Assembly: GCA_963826805.1 (NCBI GenBank)
Contig: CAWGYE010000004.1
Span: 405,571-469,570, forward strand
Length of the DNA: 64,000 nucleotides
Direction: 5' to 3'
From: an uncultured Alphaproteobacteria bacterium
Lineage (GTDB): Bacteria > Pseudomonadota > Alphaproteobacteria > Sphingomonadales > Sphingomonadaceae
Under the pieces are notes generated by a model. That model was not told where the DNA came from, ran no database searches, and saw only the letters and a list, made by a program, of their open reading frames with translations. A program made the translations under genes and the position numbers. Positions 1 through 9,222 of this stretch are shown in pieces; position 1 is the first letter of the stretch, and each line of letters starts with the position of its first letter.

Positions 1-644
1 GGCCTGAGGTCGATCAGCCCGGTGACGCGGCCGTCGGCCGGATCGATGCGGACGATGATGCCGGTGCGCCAGACATTGGCGTAGATCTGGCCGCCGACCC
101 ATTCCAGCTCGTTCAGATTCTCGACCGGCCGGCCCTGATGGGCGACCGCCACCCGCCGCTTTTCGCGCATCGTGACGGGATCGAGGAAGCGCAGCTCGGC
201 GGTGCCGTCGCTCATGATGATGTCGGTGCGGCTGCGGGTCAGCCCCCAGCCTTCGCCCGTATAGCGCCATTCGCCGCGCCGCCTCAGCGTAATGCGGTCC
301 CAGCGATAGCCGGTGCCGCCGGTCCAGGTCAGGCTGATGATCTCGTTGCCCCAGTCGGTGATGCCCTCGCCGAACTGGCCGGCGGGGATGGCGGCCTGCT
401 GCAGCACTTGGCCGTCCTCGATGCGGACGCGGCGGATGGTCGAGCGGCCGACCTGGCCGGTGCTCTCGAAGAGCTGGCCGTCGCGGTAGAACAGGCCCTG
501 GGTGAAGGCCTCGGGGTCGTGCGGATAGGTGGCGGCGACCCGGTAGTCGTAAACGATCGGGGCCGGAGCCGCGGGCGCGGGCGCGGGCGCGGGAGGCGGC
601 GCGGCCTGGACGGCGAGCAGGGCGGCGAGGATGAGGCGGATCAT
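1..644 (-). CDS. Glutaminyl-peptide cyclotransferase (type II glutaminyl cyclase), 3' end outside window
   Basis: Not in ORF track. ATG at 644 overlaps the paaZ stop (ATGA); reads [22 protein letters not shown]...YPHDPEAFTQGLFYRDGQLFESTG and later GEGWGLT and LNELEW, signature motifs of beta-propeller QCs. Confidence 0.88.
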   Translation of the reverse strand, partial: MIRLILAALLAVQAAPPPAPAPAPAAPAPIVYDYRVAATYPHDPEAFTQGLFYRDGQLFESTGQVGRSTIRRVRIEDGQVLQQAAIPAGQFGEGITDWGNEIISLTWTGGTGYRWDRITLRRRGEWRYTGEGWGLTRSRTDIIMSDGTAELRFLDPVTMREKRRVAVAHQGRPVENLNELEWVGGQIYANVWRTGIIVRIDPADGRVTGLIDLR

Positions 645-2659
645 GGCACGTTCATGGTCATCAGCTCGTAGGTCGCCACGATCTCGTCCTTCTGGTTGAG
701 CACGGTCACCGCCCAGCGCACCTCGCCTTTTTCCGCATCGCGGATGGACTTGGACTTAACGGTGAGCTCGACCCGCATCGAATCGCCCGGATAGAGCGGG
801 GTCAGGAAACGCAGGCTCTCGAGGCCGGTATTGGCCAGCACCGGCCCCGGCGCGGGATCGACGAACAGCCCGGCGGCGAAGGAGAGGATCAGATAGCCGT
901 GGGCGACGCGGCCGCCGAAGATCGGGCTCGCCTTGGCCGCTTCGTCATCCATGTGGGCGTAGAAGGTGTCGCCGGTGAAATGGGCGAAATGCTCGATATC
1001 CTCAAGGCTGACGGTGCGGCTGGCGGTCTTCAGCGTATAGCCGACCTCGAGCTCGGAGATGCGCTTGCGGAAGGGGTGGAGGTCGGCCTCGATCTGCCCG
1101 GCGCCGGGGAGGTACTGGCCGATCACCGCCGACAGCACCGTCGGCGAGCCCTGCAAGGCGGTGCGCTGCATGTAATGCTTGACGCCGCGCACCCCGCCCA
1201 TCTCCTCGCCGCCGCCGGCGCGGCCCGGCCCGCCATGGACGAGGACGGGCAGCGGCGAGCCGTGGCCGGTCGATTCCTTCGCGCTGGTGCGGTCGAGGAT
1301 CACCATGCGGCCGTGATAGGCGCCGGCGCCGAGCACGAACTCCTGCGCCACCGCCTTGTCGAAGGTGAACAGCGAGAGCGCGAGGCTGCCCATGCCGCGA
1401 TTGGCGAGCGCGATCGCATCGCCAAGGTCGCGATAGGGCATGATGGTGCTGACCGGCCCGAACGGCTCGATATCGTGGACATCCGCCACGTTCCAGGGAT
1501 CGTCCGTGCGCAGCAAGATGGGGGAAATGAAGGCCCCGCCGCCGCTTACCGGCGAGGTGTCGGGATCCCCGCTCACGATCCGCGCCACCTTCGCCAGCAT
1601 CCGCACCGACTCGCGGACCGAGTCGAGCTGCTCCCGGCTCGCCAGCGCCCCCATCTGGGTCGCCTCGTCGCGCGGGTCGCCGACCTTCACCCGGGCGAGC
1701 CGCGCCGCCAGCGCCTCCTGCACCGCGTCGAGATGCTCGGCCGGCGCCATCGCGCGGCGGATGGCGGTGCATTTCTGCCCCGCCTTCACGATCATCTCGC
1801 GCGCCACCTCCTTGATGAAGAGGTCGAATTCCGGCGTGCCCGGCGCCGCGTCCGGCCCCAGGATCGAGGCGTTGAGGCTGTCGCGCTCGGCGACGAAGCG
1901 CACGCTCTCCCGCGCCATCACCGGGTGCGACTGCAGCTTCATCGCGGTCGCCGCCGAGCCGGTGAAGCTGACCACGTCCTGCAGCGTCAGATGGTCGAGC
2001 AGGTCGCCGGTGGAGCCCATGATCAGCTGCAGCGCGCCCCTCGGCAGCACGTCGGCCTCGATCATGATCCTGACGCAGGCCTCGGTGAGGTAGCCGGTGG
2101 CCGAGGCGGGCTTGACGATCGCCGGCACCCCGGCAAGCAGGGTAGGCCCGAGCTTCTCCAGCATCCCCCAGACCGGGAAGTTGAACGCGTTGATATGGAC
2201 CGCCGCGCCCTGCAGCGGCGTGAACACATGCTGGCCGACGAAGCTGCCGGTGCGCGACAGCGGCTCCATCGCCCCGTCGATCAGCACCTTGCCGTTGGGC
2301 AATTCCCGGCGGCCCTTGGAGGAGAAGGAGAAGAGCGTGCCGGCGCCGCCCTCGATGTCGATCCAGCCGTCGGTCCGCGTCGCCCCGGTCGCGTAGCTGA
2401 GCTCGTACAATTCCTCCTTCCTCGCCATTACCGCATTGGCGAGGTCCTTCAGCATCCAGGCGCGCTCGTGGAAGGTCATCGCCCTCAGCGCCGGCCCGCC
2501 GACGTTGCGGGCGTGGTCGAGCATCGCCGCGAAATCGAGCCCGCCGCTGCCGGTCTCGGCGATCACGTCGCCGGTGACGGCGCTCAGCACCGGCGCGAGC
2601 GCGCCATCGCCCCCTACCCATTGGTCGGCGGCGTAATTGAGCAGCTTCAGCGTCTTCAT
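641..2659 (-). CDS. paaZ: PaaZ bifunctional oxepin-CoA hydrolase / aldehyde dehydrogenase
   Basis: 672 aa; ALDH motifs [25 protein letters not shown] plus C-terminal MaoC domain ([14 protein letters not shown]); paa context. Confidence 0.95.
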   Translation of the reverse strand: MKTLKLLNYAADQWVGGDGALAPVLSAVTGDVIAETGSGGLDFAAMLDHARNVGGPALRAMTFHERAWMLKDLANAVMARKEELYELSYATGATRTDGWIDIEGGAGTLFSFSSKGRRELPNGKVLIDGAMEPLSRTGSFVGQHVFTPLQGAAVHINAFNFPVWGMLEKLGPTLLAGVPAIVKPASATGYLTEACVRIMIEADVLPRGALQLIMGSTGDLLDHLTLQDVVSFTGSAATAMKLQSHPVMARESVRFVAERDSLNASILGPDAAPGTPEFDLFIKEVAREMIVKAGQKCTAIRRAMAPAEHLDAVQEALAARLARVKVGDPRDEATQMGALASREQLDSVRESVRMLAKVARIVSGDPDTSPVSGGGAFISPILLRTDDPWNVADVHDIEPFGPVSTIMPYRDLGDAIALANRGMGSLALSLFTFDKAVAQEFVLGAGAYHGRMVILDRTSAKESTGHGSPLPVLVHGGPGRAGGGEEMGGVRGVKHYMQRTALQGSPTVLSAVIGQYLPGAGQIEADLHPFRKRISELEVGYTLKTASRTVSLEDIEHFAHFTGDTFYAHMDDEAAKASPIFGGRVAHGYLILSFAAGLFVDPAPGPVLANTGLESLRFLTPLYPGDSMRVELTVKSKSIRDAEKGEVRWAVTVLNQKDEIVATYELMTMNVP

Positions 2660-2667
2660 CGGGGCCT

Positions 2668-2739
2668 CGTCATTCCAGCGAAAGCTGGAATCTCCCTGCC
2701 TTCAAAAGAAGAGAGATTCCAGCTTTCGCTGGAATGACG
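2668..2739. repeat. CGTC-type REP doublet (family A)
   Basis: CGTCATTCCAGCGAAAGCTGGAATCTC and its exact reverse complement separated by 18 nt; each arm is itself a hairpin. Confidence 0.9.
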
Positions 2740-2760
2740 GGTCGGCCTAAGAGTCCGCCG

Positions 2761-3765
2761 ATGGATATGGCCCTTCCCCAATTGTCGCTCGCCGAGATCC
2801 GCGAGACCCGCGCGATGATCGCGCCCTACGTCTCGCTTACCCCGGTCCACGACTGGCGCGGGCGCGAGCTCGAGGCGCTGCTGCCTGCGGGCACGCGCGT
2901 CAATCTCAAGCTCGAATTGTTCCAGCAGAGCGGCACCTTCAAGGCGCGCGGCGCGCTTTCGAAGATGCTGCGCCTGACGCCCGACGAGCGCGCCCGCGGC
3001 GTCACCGCGGTCAGCGCCGGCAATCACGCCATCGCCACCGCTTATGCCGCCCAATGCCTCGGCGCGTCGGCGAAGGTGGTGATGATGGGCTCGGCCAATC
3101 CGGCGCGGGTCGCCGCCTGCCGCGCGCTCGGCGCGGAGGTGGTGCTGGCGCCGGACGGGAAGACCGCCTTCGAGATGGTCGAGGCGATCGCGCGCGACGA
3201 GGGGCGGTCGTTCATCCATCCCTTCGAGGGCCCCTATACCGCGCTCGGCACGGCGACGCTCGGCATGGAATGGCTCGAGCAGAGCCCCGATCTCGACGCG
3301 GTGATCATCGCGATCGGCGGCGGCGGCCTCGCCGGCGGGGCCTCCGCGGCGATCAAGCTGCTGAAGCCGGACTGCCTGGTGTTCGGCGTCGAGCCGACCG
3401 GCTCCGACACGATGACGCGAAGCTTCGCCCAGGGCAGCCCGATCGATCATGCCGAAGTGAAGACGATCGCCGACAGCCTCGCGCCGCCCTTCGCGCTGCC
3501 CTACAGCTACGGCCTCTGCCGGGCCAATGTCGACGATCTCGTGCTGGTCGACGACGATGCGATGCGCTCGGCCATGGCTTTGCTGTTCCGCGAGATGAAG
3601 CTCGCGGTGGAGCCGGCCGGGGCGGCCGCGACTGCGGCGCTGGTCGGGCCGCTGAGGGAGCGGCTGGCGGGCAAGAAGGTGGGCGTGCTCGTCTGCGGCT
3701 CGAACATCGATCTCGACAGCTTCGAGCGGCATATAAAACAGGCGGAGGCTTCCGTCAGATCATAA
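2761..3765 (+). CDS. PLP-dependent threonine/serine dehydratase family protein
   Basis: SGTFKARGA PLP lysine motif, SAGNHA, GGGGL, CGSN; start could be 2734, 2761 or 2767. Confidence 0.88.
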   Translation: MDMALPQLSLAEIRETRAMIAPYVSLTPVHDWRGRELEALLPAGTRVNLKLELFQQSGTFKARGALSKMLRLTPDERARGVTAVSAGNHAIATAYAAQCLGASAKVVMMGSANPARVAACRALGAEVVLAPDGKTAFEMVEAIARDEGRSFIHPFEGPYTALGTATLGMEWLEQSPDLDAVIIAIGGGGLAGGASAAIKLLKPDCLVFGVEPTGSDTMTRSFAQGSPIDHAEVKTIADSLAPPFALPYSYGLCRANVDDLVLVDDDAMRSAMALLFREMKLAVEPAGAAATAALVGPLRERLAGKKVGVLVCGSNIDLDSFERHIKQAEASVRS

Positions 3766-3875
3766 AGCCCTCCCCCTCGATGGGGGAGGGTTGGGTGGGG
3801 GTGGAGTCTTCATGCGCTCGATGGGTCTCGAAGGTTCACCCCACCCCAAACCCCTCCCCATCAAGGGGAGGGGCT
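3765..3875. repeat. CCCTCCCC/GGGGAGGG composite palindromic element (family B)
   Basis: AAGCCCTCCCCCTCGATGGGGGAGGGTTGGGTGGGGGTG ... CACCCCACCCCAAACCCCTCCCCATCAAGGGGAGGGGCT fills the space between two convergent stop codons. Confidence 0.9.
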
Positions 3876-4653
3876 ATTTCCCCGTGAAGCGAGGCGGCCG
3901 TTTCTCCATGAAAGCCGCGACGCCCTCGCGATAATCGTCCGAAAAGCCGAGCTCCCGCATCGCGTCGCGCTGCCGGTCGAGCTCGGCGTCGAGGTCCTGG
4001 CTCCAGCTTTCGCGCAGCATCTTCTTGATCCGGGCGAGGCCCCTGGTCGGCCCGGCGGCGAAGCGGGCGGCGAGCGCGTCGACCTCCGCGTCCAGCTGCT
4101 CGTCCTCCACCGCCTTCCAGATCAGCCCCCACTCGGCGGCGCGCTCCGCCCCGAGCGGCTCGCCGGTCAGCGCGAGCCCGAGCGCGCGGGCCTGGCCGAC
4201 CAGGCGCGGCAGCACCCAGGTGCCGCCGCTGTCCGGGATGAGGCCGATCGCGGCGAAGCTCTGGATGAACTTGGCGCTCTTCGCCGCGATCACGATGTCG
4301 CAGGCGAGCGCGATATTGGCGCCCGCGCCGGCGGCGACCCCATTGACCCGCGCGATCACCGGCATCGGCAGCGACGCCAGCGTCCGGATCAGCGGATTGT
4401 ACCTCTTCTCCACCGACTCGCCGAGATCGACCGCCTCGCCCGGCGCGACGGCGCGGTCGTTCAGATCCTGCCCCGCGCAGAAGCCGCGGCCGGCCCCGGT
4501 CAGCACCAGGGTTCGCGCGTCGCCCAGCCGGCCGAGCGCGTCGGCGACCTCCTCGTGCATCTGCACGGTGAAGCTGTTCAGCCGGTCCGGGCGATTGAGC
4601 GTCAGCCGCGCGATCCCGTCCTCGACCTTGAAGTCGATCGTCTCGTAAGCCAT
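3874..4653 (-). CDS. paaG: PaaG ring-1,2-epoxyphenylacetyl-CoA isomerase (crotonase fold)
   Basis: MAYETIDF...LNRPDRLNSF, FCAGQDL, AAGAGANIALACD, PDSGG; paa context. Confidence 0.92.
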   Translation of the reverse strand: MAYETIDFKVEDGIARLTLNRPDRLNSFTVQMHEEVADALGRLGDARTLVLTGAGRGFCAGQDLNDRAVAPGEAVDLGESVEKRYNPLIRTLASLPMPVIARVNGVAAGAGANIALACDIVIAAKSAKFIQSFAAIGLIPDSGGTWVLPRLVGQARALGLALTGEPLGAERAAEWGLIWKAVEDEQLDAEVDALAARFAAGPTRGLARIKKMLRESWSQDLDAELDRQRDAMRELGFSDDYREGVAAFMEKRPPRFTGK

Positions 4654-4663
4654 GGCCGCTCTC

Positions 4664-5107
4664 ATGAACGCAGACGAGACCGCGGACAAGGTCGCCCGCG
4701 CCATGCTGGCCGCCGAAGGCACGGGCCCGGCCTGGGGGATCGAGATCGAGGAGGCGCGCGAGGGCTATGCGCGGATCCGCATGGCCTTGCGCGCCGACAT
4801 GCTGAACGGCCACGGCATCGCCCATGGCGGCATCGTCTTCGCGCTCGCCGACACCGCCTTCGCCTATGTCTGCAACGGCCGCAACTTGCGCTCGGTCGCC
4901 GCCCAGGCCTCGATCACCTTCCTCGACCAGGCGCGCGAGGGCGAGGTGCTGGTCGCCGAGGGCCGCGAGGCTGCGCTTGTCGGCCGCTCCGGCGTCGCCC
5001 ATGTCTCGGTGCGCACCGAAGACGGCCGCGCCATCGCCGAGTTCACCGGCTTCTCGCGCAGCCTCGGCGGCGCGCTGATCGACCTTTCCTCGTCACCCCG
5101 GACTTGA
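4664..5107 (+). CDS. paaI: PaaI acyl-CoA thioesterase (hotdog fold)
   Basis: MLNGHGIAHGG and LADTAFAY motifs; stop codon lies inside the downstream repeat. Confidence 0.9.
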   Translation: MNADETADKVARAMLAAEGTGPAWGIEIEEAREGYARIRMALRADMLNGHGIAHGGIVFALADTAFAYVCNGRNLRSVAAQASITFLDQAREGEVLVAEGREAALVGRSGVAHVSVRTEDGRAIAEFTGFSRSLGGALIDLSSSPRT

Positions 5108-5172
5108 TCCGGGGTCCACCTTCCTTCAGGCGCTGGAAAGAAGATGGATGCCGGATCAAGTCCGGCATGACG
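5091..5172. repeat. CGTC-type REP doublet (family A variant)
   Basis: CGTCACCCCGGACTTGATCCGGGGTCCA ... TGGATGCCGGATCAAGTCCGGCATGACG inverted arms with CGTC/GACG ends. Confidence 0.85.
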
Positions 5173-5182
5173 GAGCATGGAC

Positions 5183-6385
5183 ATGACCGAAGCCTATATC
5201 TGCGACGCCGTGCGCACCCCGATCGGCCGTTACGGCGGCAGCCTCTCCTCGGTCCGCGCCGACGATCTCGCGGCGATCCCGATCAGGGCGCTGGTCGACC
5301 GCAACCCCAATGTCGACTGGGCCGAGCTCGACGACGTCATCATGGGCTGCGCCAACCAGGCCGGCGAGGACAATCGCAACCTCGCCCGCATGGCCGGCCT
5401 GCTCGCGGGCCTTCCCGACACGTCGGGCGGCGTCACCCTCAATCGCCTGTGCGGCTCGGGCATGGACGCGGTGGCGATGGCGGCGCGGGTGATCCGCGGC
5501 TCGGAGGCCGACCTGGCCGTAGCCGGCGGCTCGGAAAGCATGAGCCGGGCGCCGTTCGTGATGGCCAAGGCCACCTCGGCCTTCGACCGCAACGCCGAGA
5601 TGTACGACACCACGATCGGCTGGCGCTTCGTCAACCCCAGGATGAAATCGGCCTATGGCGACGACACCATGCCGAGCACCGCCGAGAACGTCGCCCAGGA
5701 GTTCCAGGTGACGCGCGAGGACCAGGACGCCTTCGCCGTGCGCAGCCAGGCGAAGGCGGCGGCGGCGCAGGCGGGCGGCCGCTTCGACGCCGAGATCGTC
5801 CCGGTCGAGATCCCGCAGCGCAAGGGCGATCCCCTGGTCGTGGGCCGCGACGAGCATCCGCGCGAGACCAGCGTCGAGGCGCTGGCCAAATTGCGCCCGA
5901 TCGTCCGCCCCGACGGCACCGTCACCGCCGGCAATGCCTCGGGCGTCAACGACGGCGCCGCCGCCCTCATCGTCGCCACCGACGAGGCGGCGAAGCGCAA
6001 CGGCCTCACCCCGCGCGCCCGCTTCCTCGGCGCCGCCGTCGCCGGCGTGCCGCCGCGGATCATGGGCATCGGCCCGGCGCCAGCGAGCGAGAAGCTGCTG
6101 AAGCGGCTCGGCCTCAGCGTCGCCGACATGGACGTGATCGAGCTCAACGAGGCCTTCGCCGCCCAGGGCCTCGCGGCGATGCGCCAGCTCGGCCTCGCCG
6201 ACGACGACCCGCGCGTGAACCCGAACGGCGGCGCGATCGCGCTCGGCCACCCGCTCGGCATGTCGGGCGCCCGTCTGATCCTCACCGCCACCGAGGAGCT
6301 GCACCGCACGGGCGGCCGCTATGCGCTGTGCACCATGTGCATCGGCGTCGGGCAGGGGATCGCGACGGTGATCGAGCGGGTCTGA
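5183..6385 (+). CDS. pcaF: 3-oxoadipyl-CoA thiolase (PcaF/PaaJ)
   Basis: GCANQAGEDNRN, NRLCGSG, NEAFA, GHPLG, CIGVGQG thiolase motifs. Confidence 0.93.
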   Translation: MTEAYICDAVRTPIGRYGGSLSSVRADDLAAIPIRALVDRNPNVDWAELDDVIMGCANQAGEDNRNLARMAGLLAGLPDTSGGVTLNRLCGSGMDAVAMAARVIRGSEADLAVAGGSESMSRAPFVMAKATSAFDRNAEMYDTTIGWRFVNPRMKSAYGDDTMPSTAENVAQEFQVTREDQDAFAVRSQAKAAAAQAGGRFDAEIVPVEIPQRKGDPLVVGRDEHPRETSVEALAKLRPIVRPDGTVTAGNASGVNDGAAALIVATDEAAKRNGLTPRARFLGAAVAGVPPRIMGIGPAPASEKLLKRLGLSVADMDVIELNEAFAAQGLAAMRQLGLADDDPRVNPNGGAIALGHPLGMSGARLILTATEELHRTGGRYALCTMCIGVGQGIATVIERV

Positions 6386-6389
6386 CGAG

Positions 6390-7058
6390 TTAGGCTTCAT
6401 CCGCCTTCGCGAACGCTTTCTGCGCGTCGCGGCCGATCCATCTGGCGGTTTTGTCGGACGAGGCGGCAAGTCGGTTGGCAAGCTCGCGTGCCGCCGCACG
6501 CAGCGCTGGGCTCTTCCTGCCGCCGATGCCGCGCAGCGCCCAGCTGACGCCCTTCTTGACGAAATTGCGTTCGTCGCTTGCGGCGGCCTCGATCAGCGGC
6601 AGCCGCTCGACAAAGGGTGCGTCCGGGGCCTTCTTGTCGTGTAGCGCGACGCTGGCGAGCAGGGCGAAAGCGGCGCGCTTGACGAACTCGCGCTCGTCAT
6701 TCGCCCATTGATCGATCTTGGCGAAGGCGTGCGGGGTCTTGTCGAAGAGGTGGAAGCACATGGTGTCGCAATCGGCCCAATTTTCGAAGCCGCCCGCCCA
6801 GCGGTCCATCTGCGCCGGCGTCACCAGCCGGGGGTCGTCGAGGAAGGCGGCGAGCAGCCGCGCTTCGTACCAACCGCTCCGCCAGGCCTCGTCCGCCAGC
6901 TTGTGGTCGCGTCCCAACGCCTTTGCGAGCTCGCGGATGTCGCGCACCGATACGCCGAAAACCTTCCTGGCGACGATGCCGTAACGCGCCATCCCTGCGC
7001 GGTTTTCCGCTGTCCCGCGCGCTTCCAATGCGGCAAGCGCTTCGGCGAGGCGGCTCAC
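6390..7058 (-). CDS. DNA alkylation repair protein (AlkD-like)
   Basis: WYEARLLA, NWADCD, EFVKRA, DERNFVKKGVSWALR motifs. Confidence 0.85.
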   Translation of the reverse strand: MSRLAEALAALEARGTAENRAGMARYGIVARKVFGVSVRDIRELAKALGRDHKLADEAWRSGWYEARLLAAFLDDPRLVTPAQMDRWAGGFENWADCDTMCFHLFDKTPHAFAKIDQWANDEREFVKRAAFALLASVALHDKKAPDAPFVERLPLIEAAASDERNFVKKGVSWALRGIGGRKSPALRAAARELANRLAASSDKTARWIGRDAQKAFAKADEA

Positions 7059-7420
7059 ATCTCGCGCTTCAATTTGTGCAGGATGATCGCGTTGCCGTCC
7101 GGGTCCTTGACGATCGCCATGTGGCAGACCGGGCTCTCAATGCCCTCGGCGGCGAAAGCGACGCCCTTGGCCTTGAGGTCGGCGATCGTCGCGCCGAGGT
7201 CGTCCACCTCGAAGGCGATGGTGCCGCCGGCGCTGGCGCTCGGCTCGTTCGGAGTCACCGTTGTGATGGCGAGGCAGCCGCCGCCCGGCAGGTCGAACTC
7301 GACCCAGGGGCTCTGGGCGCCGTAGCGGCTCGGCGGCAGGCCGAGCGTCTCCTCGTAAAAGGCCCGCGCCGTCGGCATGTCCTTGACCGGGTACATGGTG
7401 AACGCGACTTTCTGAAGCAT
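7055..7420 (-). CDS. VOC/glyoxalase family protein
   Basis: 121 aa; ARAFYEETLGL, IAFEVDDL, KDPDGN; ATGA overlap with the AlkD-like gene. Confidence 0.88.
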   Translation of the reverse strand: MLQKVAFTMYPVKDMPTARAFYEETLGLPPSRYGAQSPWVEFDLPGGGCLAITTVTPNEPSASAGGTIAFEVDDLGATIADLKAKGVAFAAEGIESPVCHMAIVKDPDGNAIILHKLKREM

Positions 7421-7673
7421 CGCCCCCTCCCTCGTTGCCCGCGCTTTCTACTCCAGGCGCCGGGCATTTTCCTACAGGGCAGGTCATGCGCTATGAAGGT
7501 CGTATGAGCCCGCGCCGCCCTTGCCGTTCCACCCCTGCAAAAGCGGGGAATCCCGGCCCGGAATTATTTTTCCCTTGGATGGGCGAACTTTGTCACCTTT
7601 CGCTCCGTTTCCGACATGCGACTCGGAAGGGCTGCCGAGCGTTGATTCGGGCGCGGACGACGCGGCGAATTCG

Positions 7674-7702
7674 TTGACCGATCGGTCGATTAACGGTAGG
7701 AA
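7674..7702 (+). promoter_or_regulatory. Putative paaA promoter with TetR-type operator
   Basis: TTGACC-N17-TAGGAA ending 6 nt before the ATG at 7709; perfect palindrome GACCGATCGGTC (7676-7687) overlaps the -35. Confidence 0.6.
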
Positions 7703-7708
7703 AGCGGC

Positions 7709-8692
7709 ATGTACACGACCGAGATGCAGAAGACGCCGAAGATCGTCTCGACCGAGGATCCGGAAAAGCTCGCCGCCTTCGAGGCGCGCGTCGCCGCGGA
7801 CGAGTTCATCGAGCCCAAGGACTGGATGCCCGACGCCTATCGGCGCACCTTGACCCGCCAGATCTCCCAGCACGCGCATAGCGAGATCGTCGGCATGCTG
7901 CCCGAGGGCAATTGGATCACGCGGGCGCCGTCGCTGCGGCGCAAGGCGATCCTGCTCGCCAAGGTGCAGGACGAGGCCGGCCACGGCCTCTATCTCTATT
8001 CGGCCGCGGAGACGCTGGGCACGAGCCGCGAGGAGATGATCGAGGCGCTGCATTCGGGCAAGGCCAAGTACAGCACCATCTTCAACTACCCGACGCTCAC
8101 CTGGGCGGACATCGGCGCGATCGGCTGGCTGGTCGACGGCGCCGCGATCATGAACCAGGTGCCGTTGCAGCGCACCTCCTACGGCCCCTATGCCCGCGCC
8201 ATGGTCCGCGTCTGCAAGGAGGAGAGCTTCCACCAGCGCCAGGGCTACGAGATCATGATGGTGATGTGCGCCGGCACCGCCGACCAGAAGCGCATGGCGC
8301 AGGACGCGCTCAACCGCTGGTGGTGGCCTTCGTTGATGATGTTCGGTCCCACCGACGACAATTCGCCCAACACCGCCCAGTCGATGCGCTGGCGGATCAA
8401 GCGCGACACCAATGACGAGCTCCGCCAGAAGTTCGTCGACATCACCGTCCCGCAGGCCGACGCGCTCGGCCTCGCCGTCCCCGATCCCGCGCTCGAGTGG
8501 AACGAGGCGAAGGGCGGCTACGATTTCGGCGAGGTCGACTGGGAGGAGTTCTATGCGGTGGTGAAGGGCGAAGGCCCGGTCGCCAGGGAGCGGATCAAGG
8601 CCCGCCGAGACGCCTGGGAGCAGAATGCCTGGGTCCGCGAGGCCGCCGCGGCTTATGCCGAGAAGCAGGCGATGAAGGCCGAGGCGGCCTAA
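7709..8692 (+). CDS. paaA: Phenylacetyl-CoA epoxidase subunit A
   Basis: [34 protein letters not shown] diiron motifs. Confidence 0.97.
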   Translation: MYTTEMQKTPKIVSTEDPEKLAAFEARVAADEFIEPKDWMPDAYRRTLTRQISQHAHSEIVGMLPEGNWITRAPSLRRKAILLAKVQDEAGHGLYLYSAAETLGTSREEMIEALHSGKAKYSTIFNYPTLTWADIGAIGWLVDGAAIMNQVPLQRTSYGPYARAMVRVCKEESFHQRQGYEIMMVMCAGTADQKRMAQDALNRWWWPSLMMFGPTDDNSPNTAQSMRWRIKRDTNDELRQKFVDITVPQADALGLAVPDPALEWNEAKGGYDFGEVDWEEFYAVVKGEGPVARERIKARRDAWEQNAWVREAAAAYAEKQAMKAEAA

Positions 8693-8694
8693 AC

Positions 8695-8780
8695 CGTCAT
8701 CCCAGCGAAAGCTGGGATCTCACTTCCGTTTGGGGAAGTGGAGAAGGACAAGGGAGATTCCAGCTTTCGCTGGAATGACG
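8695..8780. repeat. CGTC-type REP doublet (family A)
   Basis: CGTCATCCCAGCGAAAGCTGGGATCTC ... GAGATTCCAGCTTTCGCTGGAATGACG; right arm identical to that at 2713-2739. Confidence 0.9.
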
Positions 8781-8791
8781 AGGTCGATTGA

Positions 8792-9076
8792 ATGAGCAAG
8801 GACTGGCCGCTCTGGGAAGTGTTCGTCCGCGCCAAGGGCGGCATGGCGCACCGCCACGTCGGCTCGGTGCACGCGCCCGACGCGGAGATCGCGCTCCGCC
8901 ACGCCCGCGACACCTATACCCGCCGGATGGAGGGGGTCAGCCTGTGGGTCGTCCCGTCCGCCTCGATCGTCGCCTCCGACCCCGCCGACGACGCGGCGAT
9001 GTTCGACCCGGCCGAGGACAAGATCTACCGCCACCCGACCTTCTACGACATCCCCGACGACGTGAAGCACATCTGA
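8792..9076 (+). CDS. paaB: Phenylacetyl-CoA epoxidase subunit B
   Basis: WPLWEVFVR, HVGSVHAPD, YTRRMEGVSLWVV, YRHPTFY. Confidence 0.96.
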   Translation: MSKDWPLWEVFVRAKGGMAHRHVGSVHAPDAEIALRHARDTYTRRMEGVSLWVVPSASIVASDPADDAAMFDPAEDKIYRHPTFYDIPDDVKHI

Positions 9077-9094
9077 TGGCCTCGCTTTCCCTCG

Positions 9095-9218
9095 ATCCTC
9101 CCCTGCCTTTGCAGGGGAGGGGGACCGCACGAAGTGCGGTGGAGGGGCGTTCTTGCGCTAGACTGCCCCTCCACCACCCTTCGGCTGGTCCCCCTCCCCT
9201 CGAAATCGAGGGGAGGAT
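9095..9218. repeat. Composite palindromic element (family B variant)
   Basis: ATCCTCCCCTGCCTTTGCAGGGGAGGGGGACC ... GGTCCCCCTCCCCTCGAAATCGAGGGGAGGAT with internal GGTGGAGGGGC/GCCCCTCCACC stem. Confidence 0.85.
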
Positions 9219-9222
9219 TTGA

